64,000 nt of DNA. It comes from Nageia nagi (taxonomy: Eukaryota; Plantae; Pinophyta). The notes beneath the pieces were generated by a model. It was not told the origin of the DNA. It saw only the letters and a program-made list of their open reading frames with translations, and searched no databases. The DNA lies in the NCBI GenBank assembly GCA_050084985.1, contig JBITNC010000001.1:93496001-93560000 (forward strand). The letters are read 5' to 3'. Position 1 is the first letter of the stretch. Each line of letters opens with the position of its first letter. Shown here piece after piece: positions 51,877 through 64,000 of this stretch. A program made the translations under genes and the position numbers.

Positions 51877-54694
51877 CTACTCCAAAGATTTGAGTCTTTC
51901 TTCTTCAGCTTTCCTTTGCACAACTCCTTTTCCTAATTTCAATTTTGCATAACGATCATATGGAAACGGTGCTAAAATTCTAAGTCCATCCAATGCTTTG
52001 ATGCGAGATATAGCAACAAATGTTAAACCTTGCCTTTCCCTTTCTCCAATATCTATTGTTGCTTTATTAAGTGTCAAACCTTGTGATTTATGTATTGTTA
52101 AGCCCCAAGCCAATCGTAATGGAAGTTGACGTGTTCGACCTCTTTCTATAGGTATAATTGGAACAGCTTTACCTTCAAGTGAACATCCTATAAAATGATC
52201 AAATTCTACCATAACATATGTTGGTAGATCAGGTGGAGAATTCCTTGGTTTGTATACAATTTTTCTAACATATCCCAAAGCACCATTAACAAGTCCAGCT
52301 TCTATCCATAAGTTAGATGTTAGCATAACTCTTGCATTATTTGTAATTAATAACTCAATTTCAAGCTCTTCACTATCACCCCCTCCTTGTTTTGTGCTCC
52401 CTGATTTTGTTGCAATACTACGTGCTACTAGAAAATTTAACTTGAGTAGTTGTAACTATTATGATAAAAAATATTTCATTAGTTAGAAATATATTAATAT
52501 TATATCAAAATTTAGCAAGTAATTCAAAATTCAAAAAAATGGATTTATTTAAAACAAATTCATACCTGTTATGATTATGCACATTTTCATTAGTTGCAAA
52601 TAGATGAATATTCTGATCAAAATCATCCCTTGTAGCCGGATCTAGATTTGAATTTGTTCTTGTCATCAATAATTTCCAATCATCTTCAATTGGATTTGCA
52701 TCTCTTAAATTAATTAAAAGTTGACGAAACCTTTTTTGATCTTCACTCTCTCCTTCTTGTCGAAATACTCTATCTAATGTTATAACAGTTGTGAACTTTT
52801 GCCATAATAATCTTGCATGTCTATCAGTGGCATATGGTGGTCTATCCATAACAGGTGGTAACTGTCCTAAATCACCTACTAAAATGATTGACCTACCTCC
52901 AAAACATATATTTGATTTTTCTGGAAAACCTTCTCGAAGGTGATAATCTGTGTTCCAACATTTTTTTCCCTATGAAGCTCATTTCATCAATCAATATATA
53001 TTTTACATGTTTCATATCTTCTTGAAAAGTATTTAATCTTGATCCCTCTAATTTATCAAATTCTGTGATAGGAATTCGAAGTGCTCCATGGATTGTAGTG
53101 GCACCAATGTTGAATGCAGCAACTCCAGTAGGTGCAGGTAAAAGAAGGGGAGAATGTTTTATAGATGGTAAGTCTTGAAATGCTTGACGAAGTGCTCCAA
53201 TTAGATACGATTTTCTTGTTCCTGCTGTTCCTTGAATTATCATATATAAAGAGTCTATATGTTATTCCTGATTATAATGTGTCATTATTATATCATATGC
53301 TTGTTTTTGTTTCATGCTAAGGCTCTCATATAGGTAATTTAAAGGGGCATCATCATCAATAAATGCACCATTTTGTTTCATTCTGGTTATCCAATTTATT
53401 GCTTTCTTTGTGTATTCTTCTGATATATATTGATTATCCCATTGTGCTTGTCTATCAACATCCCTTCTACCAAGCATATCTATTTCTGTCCTTGTAAAGT
53501 GATTTCCACGATGTAATTGGGCTATAATTTCCCATTCATTCTCTATAGTGTTCTGATGAACTGTTCGTTCATCATCATCTTCTGAATCATTGTGATGTTC
53601 TTGTTCTGTATTTTGGATATTATTCATTCTCTCAATATGCCAAGGCCTATAGTTGAATGCCTCCCAATTTGTTATGATTGTGCTATCATCAACCCTGATA
53701 TCTCTTTCTATATTTCTAAATGGCTTGTAAAGTAACAACTCTGACCAACAAAATTCAATAAATTTTTCCGATTCTTTTTCAGGAATGGTCGTAAAACGTG
53801 GCCATACCCTCACAATAGCTGCATTTTTTCTAGTGCTCCATTTCAACTCACTTCTTCGTCTTGGATTATATGTCCATGATCTAGCTGCATCAATAAGTGA
53901 GATAGTTTTCATCATACATGGTTGTTGAATATATCCATCAATTAAATACTTACCATTTCTTTCTGTTTCTTCTTCATCAATATTTTCCACCTCCTTGAAA
54001 ACTTTTCGTCCAACATTTAGAGAAATAAAAACTCTACTACATTCAACCAATGGAAGCTCTAATAACATATGACATGTTTCTTGTGCTCCTATATCTCTCT
54101 CAATAATTGTTTTAGTTAGAAGACGCCTATATGCTCTTGTTGCTAAATCATCATCATTTTCTAAATTTGTAATTCGCATCAACATTTCTTGATAGGTTTC
54201 TGAACTTTTCTCAGCCTTAGCAACATATTTAGCAATATAATTGATAACAGCATGCTTTGATAGAACAGGTTGCCAATCTACATTTGCTCTCCATAATTGT
54301 AATATATGTCAATTATGTGTATTGACTCGATCATCATTTCTTATTGGTTCATACTTTTTATCTTTGGTTTCTGGATCTTCATATAATTTGGATCCATCTA
54401 AAGATAAAGGCCATGGTGCATTATACCTATAAAAAGAAAAATTAGTTTAACATAAAGGATGATGAATTTAAAATTATAAATATATATAAGTAGTCATAAG
54501 TATTTACCTACAAACCATCTTTCCTCTTTTCTTGCGTAAGCATGCACCTTCTCTACATACAGTGTGACGCTCAACACAATTGAGAATCTCTTCATAATCA
54601 AGATCTAAGTCTACTTGATCAAGTTGATGTGTATTCCTCAAACATGGGTGTTGATTAATATTTTGAAGAAGCTGTGAAATATATACAATGGTTA

Positions 54695-54752
<58 letters not shown>

Positions 54753-57083
54753 TTAAAACATAAAATTAAAAAAATAGATACTTTATGCATACCTGTATAT
54801 TTCGTTGATGTGGGTCTCCTCGAGGATTCCATGCATGCACAATATTATCAAAATATGTTTGTGCTTTTTTCACTTGTTCTTCACTTGTCCAATCTAAATT
54901 ATCCATGTTTGGAGCTCCCTCTATCCATAGAAAACCATGCACATGTGGAGATCCCCTATGTTGCCATTCATATCTACACCAATATTCTTTGACTTTCATT
55001 CATTTTTGCAATACCTCTTTACGAAAAATTGTATTTCGTAGATGCATGTAATGAGCTACAATATGTGGGTAATCAATAATATTTTGTCTTCACCATTTTT
55101 GTGCTTCTCTTGAATCAGATGGCGATGTTCCTGGCATCAAAGCATGAAGGTCAGGCCAATACATATCAGCTGCACTTAAAGTGAAAACAATGGTTGGAGA
55201 TCCAATTTGATGTAATAAATCACTTAATTTAGCACGACTCTTTGTCCAATAAGATCTTGTGTCTCTTAATGTAGAGCCAAAATGCATTAAATGATCTGCT
55301 AAATGTGATTGGGGAATATTATCCATGTGTTCTCGCAATTCATGGATTGTAGTCGGCAAATCTTGAAGACTCTTCTTGACAAACACTGCTGAAGAATTTT
55401 GAGTACGATGTCTCATTATCATGTTCATTATGAAATACCTAAATCTTGGATGCTTTCCAAAATGATGATCTCTATATCGTAATAAATGTTTTGCAAATTC
55501 ATGAAGATAAACTTTTCTATTTCTTGGTTCTATCCAATCATAGTTTCCATTTGGGAATAATGTTGGAAATGCCATATCAAGCAACCCTTCTGTAATATAC
55601 TCATTTATAGGAGATGCTCCAATTCTAGGCCAATCAATGAGTGTTATTGGTTCTGCATTAGGGTTGTTGACCCATGCACAAATTAATTCCATCTCCCTTG
55701 GTGCATTGGGTGGTTTACAGGCCATAGATGTTGTGTGATTAATGATGTTTCCTTCATCCATCTCAATTGTTGGACCCATTACTACATATTCATTCATATC
55801 AGAATTAAACTCCATATGAACAGAGTTTAGAATGTTAAATATGTTTGTATCTGTATTAGCTGGGAGATATCTTAGAACATCTTCATTAATTTGCACATCC
55901 TTATAAAACTTATCATTTTCTATCTTATACTTCAAAGCTTTAAAGACCCTCTCTTTATTTACTGTGAAATTATAATTTGTACCACATTGATCTCTTCTTC
56001 AAACAATAATGACTGGTAATTCATTTATAGGATGAGGTAGTACCTTCGCAATTTGTTTCACTTCTTGTGGAAAGCTAATTGTGTCCCCTTTGTACTTATA
56101 TTGGCCTTCGGTAGCATGTGTTACTTGTAATATTGGATTGACACATGCTATCAACATTTCTTCAATTTGTGTTAAGTTTGATAATTCTGATGGTTGTGAT
56201 CTAGGATCCATGTGATTTGAGGAAGAAAATCGATGAGGAAGAATTTTCTCTTATCTACATCTATTACATGCCGGACCTTCAGTAGTAGATAACACCTTCA
56301 TTCCAGGATAAGATTCTTGGCAAATGTAACATATCGATGGTGATGCAAGTTTTTGTAGTTGACTTCGAAATAAGGTTTGCATTTCTTTGAAATCTATTTG
56401 ATATTTGTATTAGTATGTCCATATGTTCTATTATGATTTGTTTGATTTGCATTCATTTGTAAACCTTCTACATTTCCTTCTCTTAAATGATGTGTTGGAG
56501 GTGTCTCTCCCATTTCAGTTGCTTCATATTGTGTTTGTCTCACCACAATTATATTTCTAGCATTTCTTTCAAAAAAAGAGGATGCATCGGAAACACTTAT
56601 GTTATCATGAACATTATTACGATGTATTCTTTCCTCTCTTTGACTATCTTCCTCAGCTCGTCTAGCACGCTGAAGTTGGCAATCATTCGCACGTTTTCTC
56701 CTAATCTCCTCAAGTTGAAATTGTGTTTGATTTTCTTGGTTTGTTGTTTGTTGTTCCATATATCTTTGGCGTGCTTCTTCTCTTTGATCTTCTGATATTT
56801 TTGCATGTGTTTCTCTCATTTGTTGAGTGTGTATTGCTCTTTGTTCTTCATTGGACATATTAGCACGAGTTTGTCTCTTTCGTTCAGAATCGATTGGTCT
56901 TTGTCGTTGTTTTTGTTCATTTGTCATTTCTGCCCTATGTTTTGCTCGATTTTCTCTTTGTCTTTGTCTTTCTCTCTCTTTGTCACTTTCAGTCATTCTT
57001 TCACGTCATCATCTATTATAATCTCTGTGATATTGTCTATGTTGTTCTTTACTCTGTTGTTCTCTTTGCTCTTCAGAATTCAT
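51877..57083 (-). pseudogene. RepHel transposase: charged N-terminus, DUF6570-like region, HUH Rep domain, PIF1-family helicase; intron-containing, several stops and frameshifts
   Basis: LTQIEEMLIA...GQYKYKGDTISFPQ; MAFPTLFPNG; Rep motifs PTIVFTLSAAD, RYEWQHRGSPHVHGFLW and YIAKYVAK; helicase motifs GTAGT(R)KS, APTGVAAFNI, ILIDEMSFIG, RQLPLRLAWGLTIHKSQGLTL and FVAISR. GT-AG introns at 54792-54672 and 54507-54427 restore the frame; a probable third intron lies at about 52565-52456. Confidence 0.93.
54700..54748. repeat. (TA)n microsatellite within a RepHel intron
   Basis: About 24 perfect TA units inside intron 54672-54792. Confidence 0.97.
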
Positions 57084-58486
57084 TATCTTTGTCACAAATT
57101 TACTACAAAAACATAAGAGAATACATCATTATATTTATTTAAATAACAACTTAAATATATTTACATAATTTTCAAGCAATAATATACTTAAATAATTATT
57201 ATTTTCTAATAACTATTGTTGAACACATCCTAAGATTATTATTAAGATTCATGATATCATCGTCTATTATTCAATAAAATGTAATTACATAAAATATCTA
57301 AGGAAACCAAACATTTGTCATCCTTATCAGGAGACAACTCTGCCATCATAGCATAAGATCATTTGGATCTTTTTAACATGTGAAACGATAAATGTGGAGA
57401 TGAGGAGACAACTCTGCCATCATAGCATAAGATCATTTGGATCTTGTTGCATATGACGTATCTTCACAGCAGTAAAAGAAAGAACATTGGGCATGGCCCT
57501 CACCATTCTTTGTAAGTATGAACTGGAGAGACTGAACTTGTGTTCTTTCTTCTCTTAAATAAAATTTATGTATTTTTTCATCCTCTTAAATATTTTTGAA
57601 ATTTTTTAGTTATATTTTTTATTATACCTATAATATTTTTTTCTTATACCATAAAATTATAATATTATGACAGAACGCATACACAACAGTTTTCGGCAAG
57701 AGGTTTACCGAGCCCAGCAAAAAACTATGGCGATAATGTGGATTCACTACATGAAATGACAACCATATAAAATAATGTTATGGATGACTGTATTGACTCT
57801 ATTAAAGTATAAATATCAATCTACTTATTCAAATATCAAAGTAGAAGTGCATTGGCACTGCGTGGTGGAGATGCATGGCAAATTGAAAACCACGAAATGT
57901 GATGGAAACAATATAAACTAAATTAATTTGGTATAATGGGGATTTTATGATCTTGTGTTGATTTTATTGAATAACTTTCTAATGAAAAGAAGGCATCAAC
58001 AACGAATATGTTAGACCAAGACATGTAAAACTTTGTGAATTCAGAGCATTTTTTGATAAAGTTTTATGCGAACAGCAAGATAAGAAGTGCAAAAGAATTC
58101 AGAGTATAAATTGTATGTAAAATAAGAAATAAGAAATATTACAGTAAAAATATATTTACAATAGTAGAGAATTAACTTACAATAAAATTAAAGTTCTCTT
58201 CTATTTTTACAATCTTATGTTCCAACTTTGCTTGTTCGAATTCACTGCATCTCTCGATTGATTTGGGAATGAATTTTTATGATGTTTGATATTCTTCCTT
58301 CCATTTATATAATAATTTTTGAAAAGATGTGTCTTTTAATATTTCAGTCGGCTATATAATTTTAATTTTAAAAAAATTATTTTTCCGCCAATTGTTTAAC
58401 GGACGGACTCACATGCGACATTTTGCTCCCCCACTCCACCCCCCATGTTGCAGCTGTAGAAACGCCTCTCGGTGTAATGCAATTCA

Positions 58487-58927
58487 TGATATGGATATGA
58501 CTTGGTAATGCAATTCATGATGTTCATCTCTCATCTAAATTGGAATCTTCTTTTGGATTTAATATTCATGCATAGATCGTTATGAATTGCCTATTTAACA
58601 TGTCCTTCTTCTAGATAAAAGACTCGGTTACTTTATAGAATGTCACTCGACTTTGCACCTACATTAAGACATATTCCTTTCATTCATCATTTGTGGAAAC
58701 ATTTTCATGATAATGTTTTGAATGTAAATCTTAGATAGTGATTTGAAAATAGGGCAACATGATTAGTGGAGAAAATAATTTTGTATGGAGAAATGGAGTT
58801 GAATTTGGGTAGAAGCAGCTTCCATTTAGCAAATCTTGAAGTGCCAACTGGATAAGATGCTTAACAAAAGGTGAAAATTTTATTTTAGAATTTCTATTTT
58901 ACCTTTGGACCTTCAGGTAGTGAATTA
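58487..58927. repeat. 441-bp direct repeat, right copy
   Basis: Matches 51098-51538; separated from the element 5' end by a 9-bp piece copied from inside the repeat. Confidence 0.95.
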
Positions 58928-59464
58928 TTAACTAATATATAAGATGCATACACCATAATATGCAAGCAATTCAATAAAGTAAAGAAATGATAATGTTTCC
59001 ATCGTTAGACTATAACCAATATTATCTAACTTGAACCATAATATATTATCTTGAATATGTTAACCAATTCCATTAGCTTACACATAAAAGTAATACTCTT
59101 ATGGTGATTATTAATAATATATAGTCATTAAGATTTGAAGGATGTAAATTTATAGTATTGGTAAGGCTCATAGTTCATTTCATCTAAACATTTCTATAAA
59201 CGATGTTGTTGGTTGATGGTATTCTATTATCTTGTAGACATTATAAGTCAGTGCATTAGTTGAACAATTCAACTAGAAAAACACATAGGGTTAAAACATA
59301 GGAGATATCATAGTGAATCTTTAAGGAGTAAGCAAGATCAAATGATAATTGGAGCATGAAGAATGATTATGGATGAATGCAAGTGATATTTCAGTGACCT
59401 TGTGGGAGTAATATGCGAAGCTTTGGTTGCATCACAAGCTACAACAATTAAAGTGTGGGGGAAT

Positions 59465-60694
59465 TGATGAGACAAAATATTTACCTCATATTGACATAAA
59501 AACATCACTATTATAATGCCATAAGGAAACTCTAGTAATAGGATTGTATATTTTAATGTGTTTAATTAGCCTAAATAGATTAAGATGTTACACTTTATTA
59601 TTTACTAATATTTTTTATGGTTTTGAAGTATTAACAAGAAGACTTATATTATTGATATTTAAAAGTGTTTTAATATTATTTATTTGGCATCTCTTCTTGA
59701 AAGCTAAGGTTAAATGGAGGACCTTCTTCTTAGCATAAGTGGAAATATAAAGATTTGGTACATTTTATGTTCTATAGTCTTTAGAAATAAATTAATCTCT
59801 CTATTTGTATAAACACTTCATGCTTGGCATTCGAAGGAAAATATTTGGCATCATATGGAAGATGGAATATTGCACATATATCAAATTTGGAAAATTCATA
59901 GCTTGTTGGATACAACAAGATTTAGAGGTACCATGAGCATACAAGATTGGAAGATATAGCATGATTCAAATTTGAATATTCTTGCAAATATGGAGGTGAT
60001 ACTATATCTTATAAATTTATATACACAAATCATAGACTAGTAAAGCATTCTATCTGCTATAGCCTTAAAGAACTGGATGTGGGTAAAATATGGCATTAGA
60101 GATTTGATTTCCAGCTATTACAAATGAATAGAGTAGGGTTTTGTTATTTTTGTTGGAAGAATGTAATAAATCCTCTTCTTGTATGTGAGATTAGAGGTTA
60201 GATAGTGAAAGATAGATTTTATATTTGGAATGGGTTTTGAAGCATTAGATAAAGAAATACTTTTAGGTTCTTTCTAAACTCTTGAGTCTTCCTCTTCAGG
60301 GAATCTACTAGTGAAGTCTAGTCAAATTCACTAGTAGGTTCTACCTTGCTCATTCCTTTTATATGTTTAATGTTATTTCCTTATTATTTTTTGAATGATG
60401 GTTGTTTATTACTTTGGTTATTGATTATAATATTGTATATTTTGTTCATGATGTGTTTCCTAGGTTTATATAGCTGCATCTATATATTTTCTCATTTGAT
60501 TTTATTTGCATCTCAATTCCAACAAGTTAATTTCATGCTTTTATTTTAATTTTTGCAAGTTTTCTTTGATTTCTAAATTCTGTGAGTGTGTTTTCCTAGA
60601 AACCATGAATATAAAATAAATTCTTGATTGGACATAACCCTTGGACACTTGAACCCTAGATTGACAAATTAAATGGTGAATTGATGACTCACCA
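59465..60694 (+). repeat. 3' LTR of the Athila-like element
   Basis: tgatgagacaaaat...gactcacca; aligns with 29065-29200 and 35598-36538; preceded by the PPT. Confidence 0.9.
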
Positions 60695-60699
60695 TTGAG

Positions 60700-62999
60700 A
60701 TTTATATGGATTAGTATTTTTCCTTGCAATACCATATTTATTATAGAATCCCTCAAATTTATTTGAATAATATTATCCTCCATTATCACTCCTCAATACC
60801 TTGATTTTATTTCCAATATAGTCTTCAACAATTGCTTTAAATTCTTGAAATTTATTGAATACTTTTGCTTTGCTTGATAAAATAGATCCATGTATATCTT
60901 AAAAAATCAATGAAAGAAATATAGTATCATGATTTTCCAAGGGATGGTATAATAACAAGACCAAAAACATCATTATGGATTAGATCTAGAACTCCTTTAG
61001 ATATTATAGCACCAAATGGAAAACTCACATATTTATGCATCCTATAAAGATAATGCTCATAGAAATCAAAACCCATAAAGAAATCAGGATAGCCTTCAAC
61101 CATAAATTTTGTATACAATGTTTGTAATACTTTCTCTCCAATATGTCCCATTATTTGATGTCAAAGTATTAACTCATCAATCAAATTTCCATCTAATTTA
61201 GCCTAAAAAAATAGATGTATTACTGCATTGAGGTATCATAGTGCTTCCCAACATACTATACATGGTTCCATCCTAAACCCCCCATGTAAACACCATTGAT
61301 CCGCAAATCATTTTACATCCAATCATAATAAGAGTTAATTTTACATTTGCATCAACCATATTGCTTATATAAATCAAATTTCTAGCAAGACAAGGAATGT
61401 ATACCACACCTAGGAGGGTTCTCATCCTTCCATCATGAATCTTTACTTTCACCCTTCGACAACCAATGATTTTGCAAGGACTATCATATCCCAAGAGAAC
61501 CTCCCTTCTATCATATTTTTCATATTCACATAATCACTCCCTATGAGGAGTCATATGATATAAGGCATCTATATCGATTACCCAATAATTATGATCTAAT
61601 CTTATGGAGCAAGATTCCAATTATACATCCCCAAATTCATCATTAGATTTCTTAGTCTTTGTAAAAGTTTTTTAATTAGATCTCTTCCCTGGATCTACAC
61701 TTTTTGCTCTACAATATTTCTTCATATGGATAAGCCTTTGACAAGTCTAGCATTTAGGACTAGATCTACCTTAAGATTTAGATCTACCTCTAGATTTTGA
61801 TCAATCACCAGTGTTGATTTCTCTCTTTCCTTTCCATATCCTTTATTATTAGGTCATAATTTGATGTTCCCTCCATGGATTTTATTCTCAATCCTCTGAT
61901 AACAAAGATGCCACCACATCTTTAAAAGATAAATTGAAAGAATTACTTCCAATTACTATAACCATATTATCCCACAAATCTAGTAGAGAGCATAACAATG
62001 CAATCCATTTATCTTCTTCTTCAATCTTAACATCAATAGATTGAATTTTCCTCATTAATGTATTGAATGCATTGACATGATTTGCTATCAAATCTCCCTC
62101 ATACATACATAGATTATACAATTTCTTCCTAAGGAAGAGTATGTTATCCAGATACTTAGTTTGATACAAATCCCCCAACTTCTTCTAAAGAGCCTTTACA
62201 ATATTTTATCCAAAAATATTAATCAACATCAAATCAATAAGATACATTCAGATCAAAAACCTTACTTTTCAATTTAGCTTCTCCTAATCTTCATTGAAAG
62301 TACTATCTAGTTTATTTTTAGAAATAATTAACTATAGATCTTTATCCATTAGTAGATCCTCCATCTTTAGCTTCCATAACTCAAAGATTTTTTCATCAAT
62401 TTAACTGATCTTGATCCTTGATTGGCTTGTATAAAGTTTTCCTTGAAAATATTTCTACATGAAGCTACCACTCTAGAATAAGTTCTCTGAAATACCTAGA
62501 AACACTAGATCCTCTTCAAATGAACTAAACCCTAGCAATAAAGGCATCCTTCTATGGATAAAAACCTTAGTTCTAATGCTAGATGAAGAGTCTTATCTAA
62601 ATCAATTCTAAAATTATAATGCAAAATTAAATTAATCAGAATAAAATATTCACATAATCATAAAGAATATACCAGATTTATCCTAGTTCACCCAATGTGG
62701 GCTACTCTAGCATGTCAAGAGCTTACTACTTCTATATTATTTCTTAGAATGAATATAATATACCATAACTAGTGCATTATAATGAATATATAGGAAAATC
62801 CTTAACCCTAAACCATAATATGATATTATAAAACCATGGGCTAAACCACCCATCCTCCACACATAGATGAAACATTGGAAATATTACTAATGCCAAATGA
62901 AAACTAGGTGAATCTCAGGTGAATCCAAAAAATATTTTTAAATGAGGTAGGGTCCCAATGTATAGAAATTCCTTTGTAAAGGGTGAATAATATCCAACA
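60700..62999 (-). mobile_element. Ty1/Copia 5' half: LTR (about 62584-62999), decayed PBS, gag, protease, integrase N-terminal part
   Basis: The LTR starts TGTTGGATA (minus) at 62999. Decayed tRNA-Met PBS at about 62569-62582. gag LYQTKYLDNILFLRKKLYNL; protease WVIDIDALYHMT; MGHIGEK; KIKVLRSDNGG. The reading continues at 29059 once the inserted element is removed. Confidence 0.88.
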
Positions 63000-63000
63000 C

Positions 63001-64000
63001 ATTAATGCTTGAATGGAAATAAATGAATAAATGTAATTTCTCTGACTCCATATCTAATTATTATTTCCCATAGCCAATGTTTGGATGATACTATAATTAT
63101 GGGTAAGGAATAATGGTTGAAGCTAGGAAATTTGTAAGATTTTTAATTTACATTAAATATGAATATTAGTAGAAATTAAGTTTAACAAAAGAAAATTATT
63201 CTTCACTTACACCCTAGTCTCTAGATAGGAAAAAACTTTGAGTGCCAAATTGAATCCTTTATGGGAACTTATCTTGGGATGCCATTATATTTTTTGGTCC
63301 ACCCAAAGAATGGCTTTGGGTTAACATATTAGAAAGGTTTCAAAAGAAAATTTTTATATGGAAATTGATGAATTTGAGTTTAACTAAAAAATATCTTTTG
63401 GTAAAGATTGTTATTTTAAGTATACTTGTCTATTGTGCATCAATGTTTATCTCCTAGTAGGATTGTATAATAAAATTGATTAGATGCAATAAAAATTTCT
63501 ATGTACTATAATGGAAGAAAAGAAAAGTTGGCACTTGTGAGAAGAAAAAATTCTACAAGCAAGAAAGGAGGGAGGTATTAATGTTATAAACATCTGATAA
63601 TTTAATGTGGAAAACAAAAGTAAAATAGCATAGAGACTAAGTTGTAATGAAGATATGTATTAAAGGAAATTTGTAAAGAATAATATATGGAGTTTAGAAA
63701 TCATTTACTTTAAATAAGACAACCTTATAAAGGAAATATTTTTGGAATAACTTGATTAAGGTTAGAATAAATTTCTTGAATAACATTTCTTGCATACTAG
63801 GTAGTGGAAGGTAAATTCATTTTTGGGATGATGAATGGATTGGAAATTCACCTATCTTCAAAAAGGAAGGAGTGGAAGCTATGATTAGATGGGATTTAAA
63901 TAGAATTGGTTTCACTACTTAATGTTACACTTTATAATCTAAATATTGGTCCTATTTTAACTCAAGATTGTCACTAATCTTTGTTAATATGATGAAATTG
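63001..64000 (+). pseudogene. L1-clade LINE ORF2 fragment (end of RT and downstream region)
   Basis: ISHSQCLDDTIIMG (about 63063-63104), TYLGMPL, ERFQKK, RKEGG and LGSGR*IHFWDDEWIG on the plus strand. Confidence 0.85.

Larger units (their letters stand above)
51539..58477 (-). mobile_element. Near-complete Helitron-like rolling-circle transposon (Helentron/Helitron2-type protein)
   Basis: Rep-helicase coding region on the minus strand. 5' TTACACCGAGAGGCG and 3' ...CAAAGCTAG ends are shared with the second copy at 29201-35597. Terminal hairpin present. Confidence 0.92.
29065..60694 (+). mobile_element. Large Athila-like LTR element without recognisable pol, hosting nested insertions
   Basis: Perfect TSD ttgag at 29060-29064 and 60695-60699. 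5' LTR is 29065-29200 plus 35598-36538; 3' LTR is 59465-60694 (TG...CA). Decayed PBS ttcggcatcattactaggga at about 36541-36560 resembles TGGCGCCGTTGCCGGGGA. PPT aaagtgtggggg(g)aa at about 59450-59463. Confidence 0.88.

Noticed and set aside
51877-53243. Host PIF1 helicase gene
   Set aside because: It is fused to an HUH Rep domain, bounded by transposon termini, nested in a retroelement and disrupted.
56487-57142. Plus-strand hydrophobic ORFs as membrane proteins
   Set aside because: They are antisense shadows of the Arg/Glu/Gln-rich RepHel N-terminus.
51098-58927. The 441-bp direct repeats as LTRs
   Set aside because: No TG...CA pair, PBS, PPT or outer TSD. The sequence is continuous with the host on both outer sides, and the second family copy lacks it.

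Overview
AT-rich, CpG/CHG-depleted plant intergenic DNA with no intact host gene. The Tat-type aRH placement and element spectrum suggest a gymnosperm, but this is inference. The window is a deep nest of transposons, most resolvable to the base from target-site duplications (TSDs). (1) An L1-type LINE (4831-25266, minus) is split by a 14.8-kb Ty3/Gypsy Tat element (7722-22568; order gag-PR-aRH-RT-RH-INT plus an extra 3' ORF). (2) A Ty1/Copia element (about 26840-62999, minus) is split inside integrase by a 31.6-kb Athila-like LTR element (29065-60694, TSD TTGAG). (3) That LTR element has no recognisable pol and carries a patchwork of short PPR-gene-like fragments. It also hosts a non-autonomous Helitron-like element (29201-35597, itself hit by a very young 1.77-kb TRIM-like element), a gag-only Ogre/Tat-like element (39446-47293) and a near-complete Helitron-like element (51539-58477, minus). 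The most unusual items are (a) this Helitron-like family, which has a Helentron/Helitron2-type Rep-PIF1 protein but 5'-TTACAC...CTAG-3' ends and a 64-bp-stem terminal hairpin, (b) a 441-bp duplication of host DNA flanking its long copy, and (c) the PPR-fragment mosaic carried between two LTRs. All family assignments come from motif recognition by eye; no database search was run.
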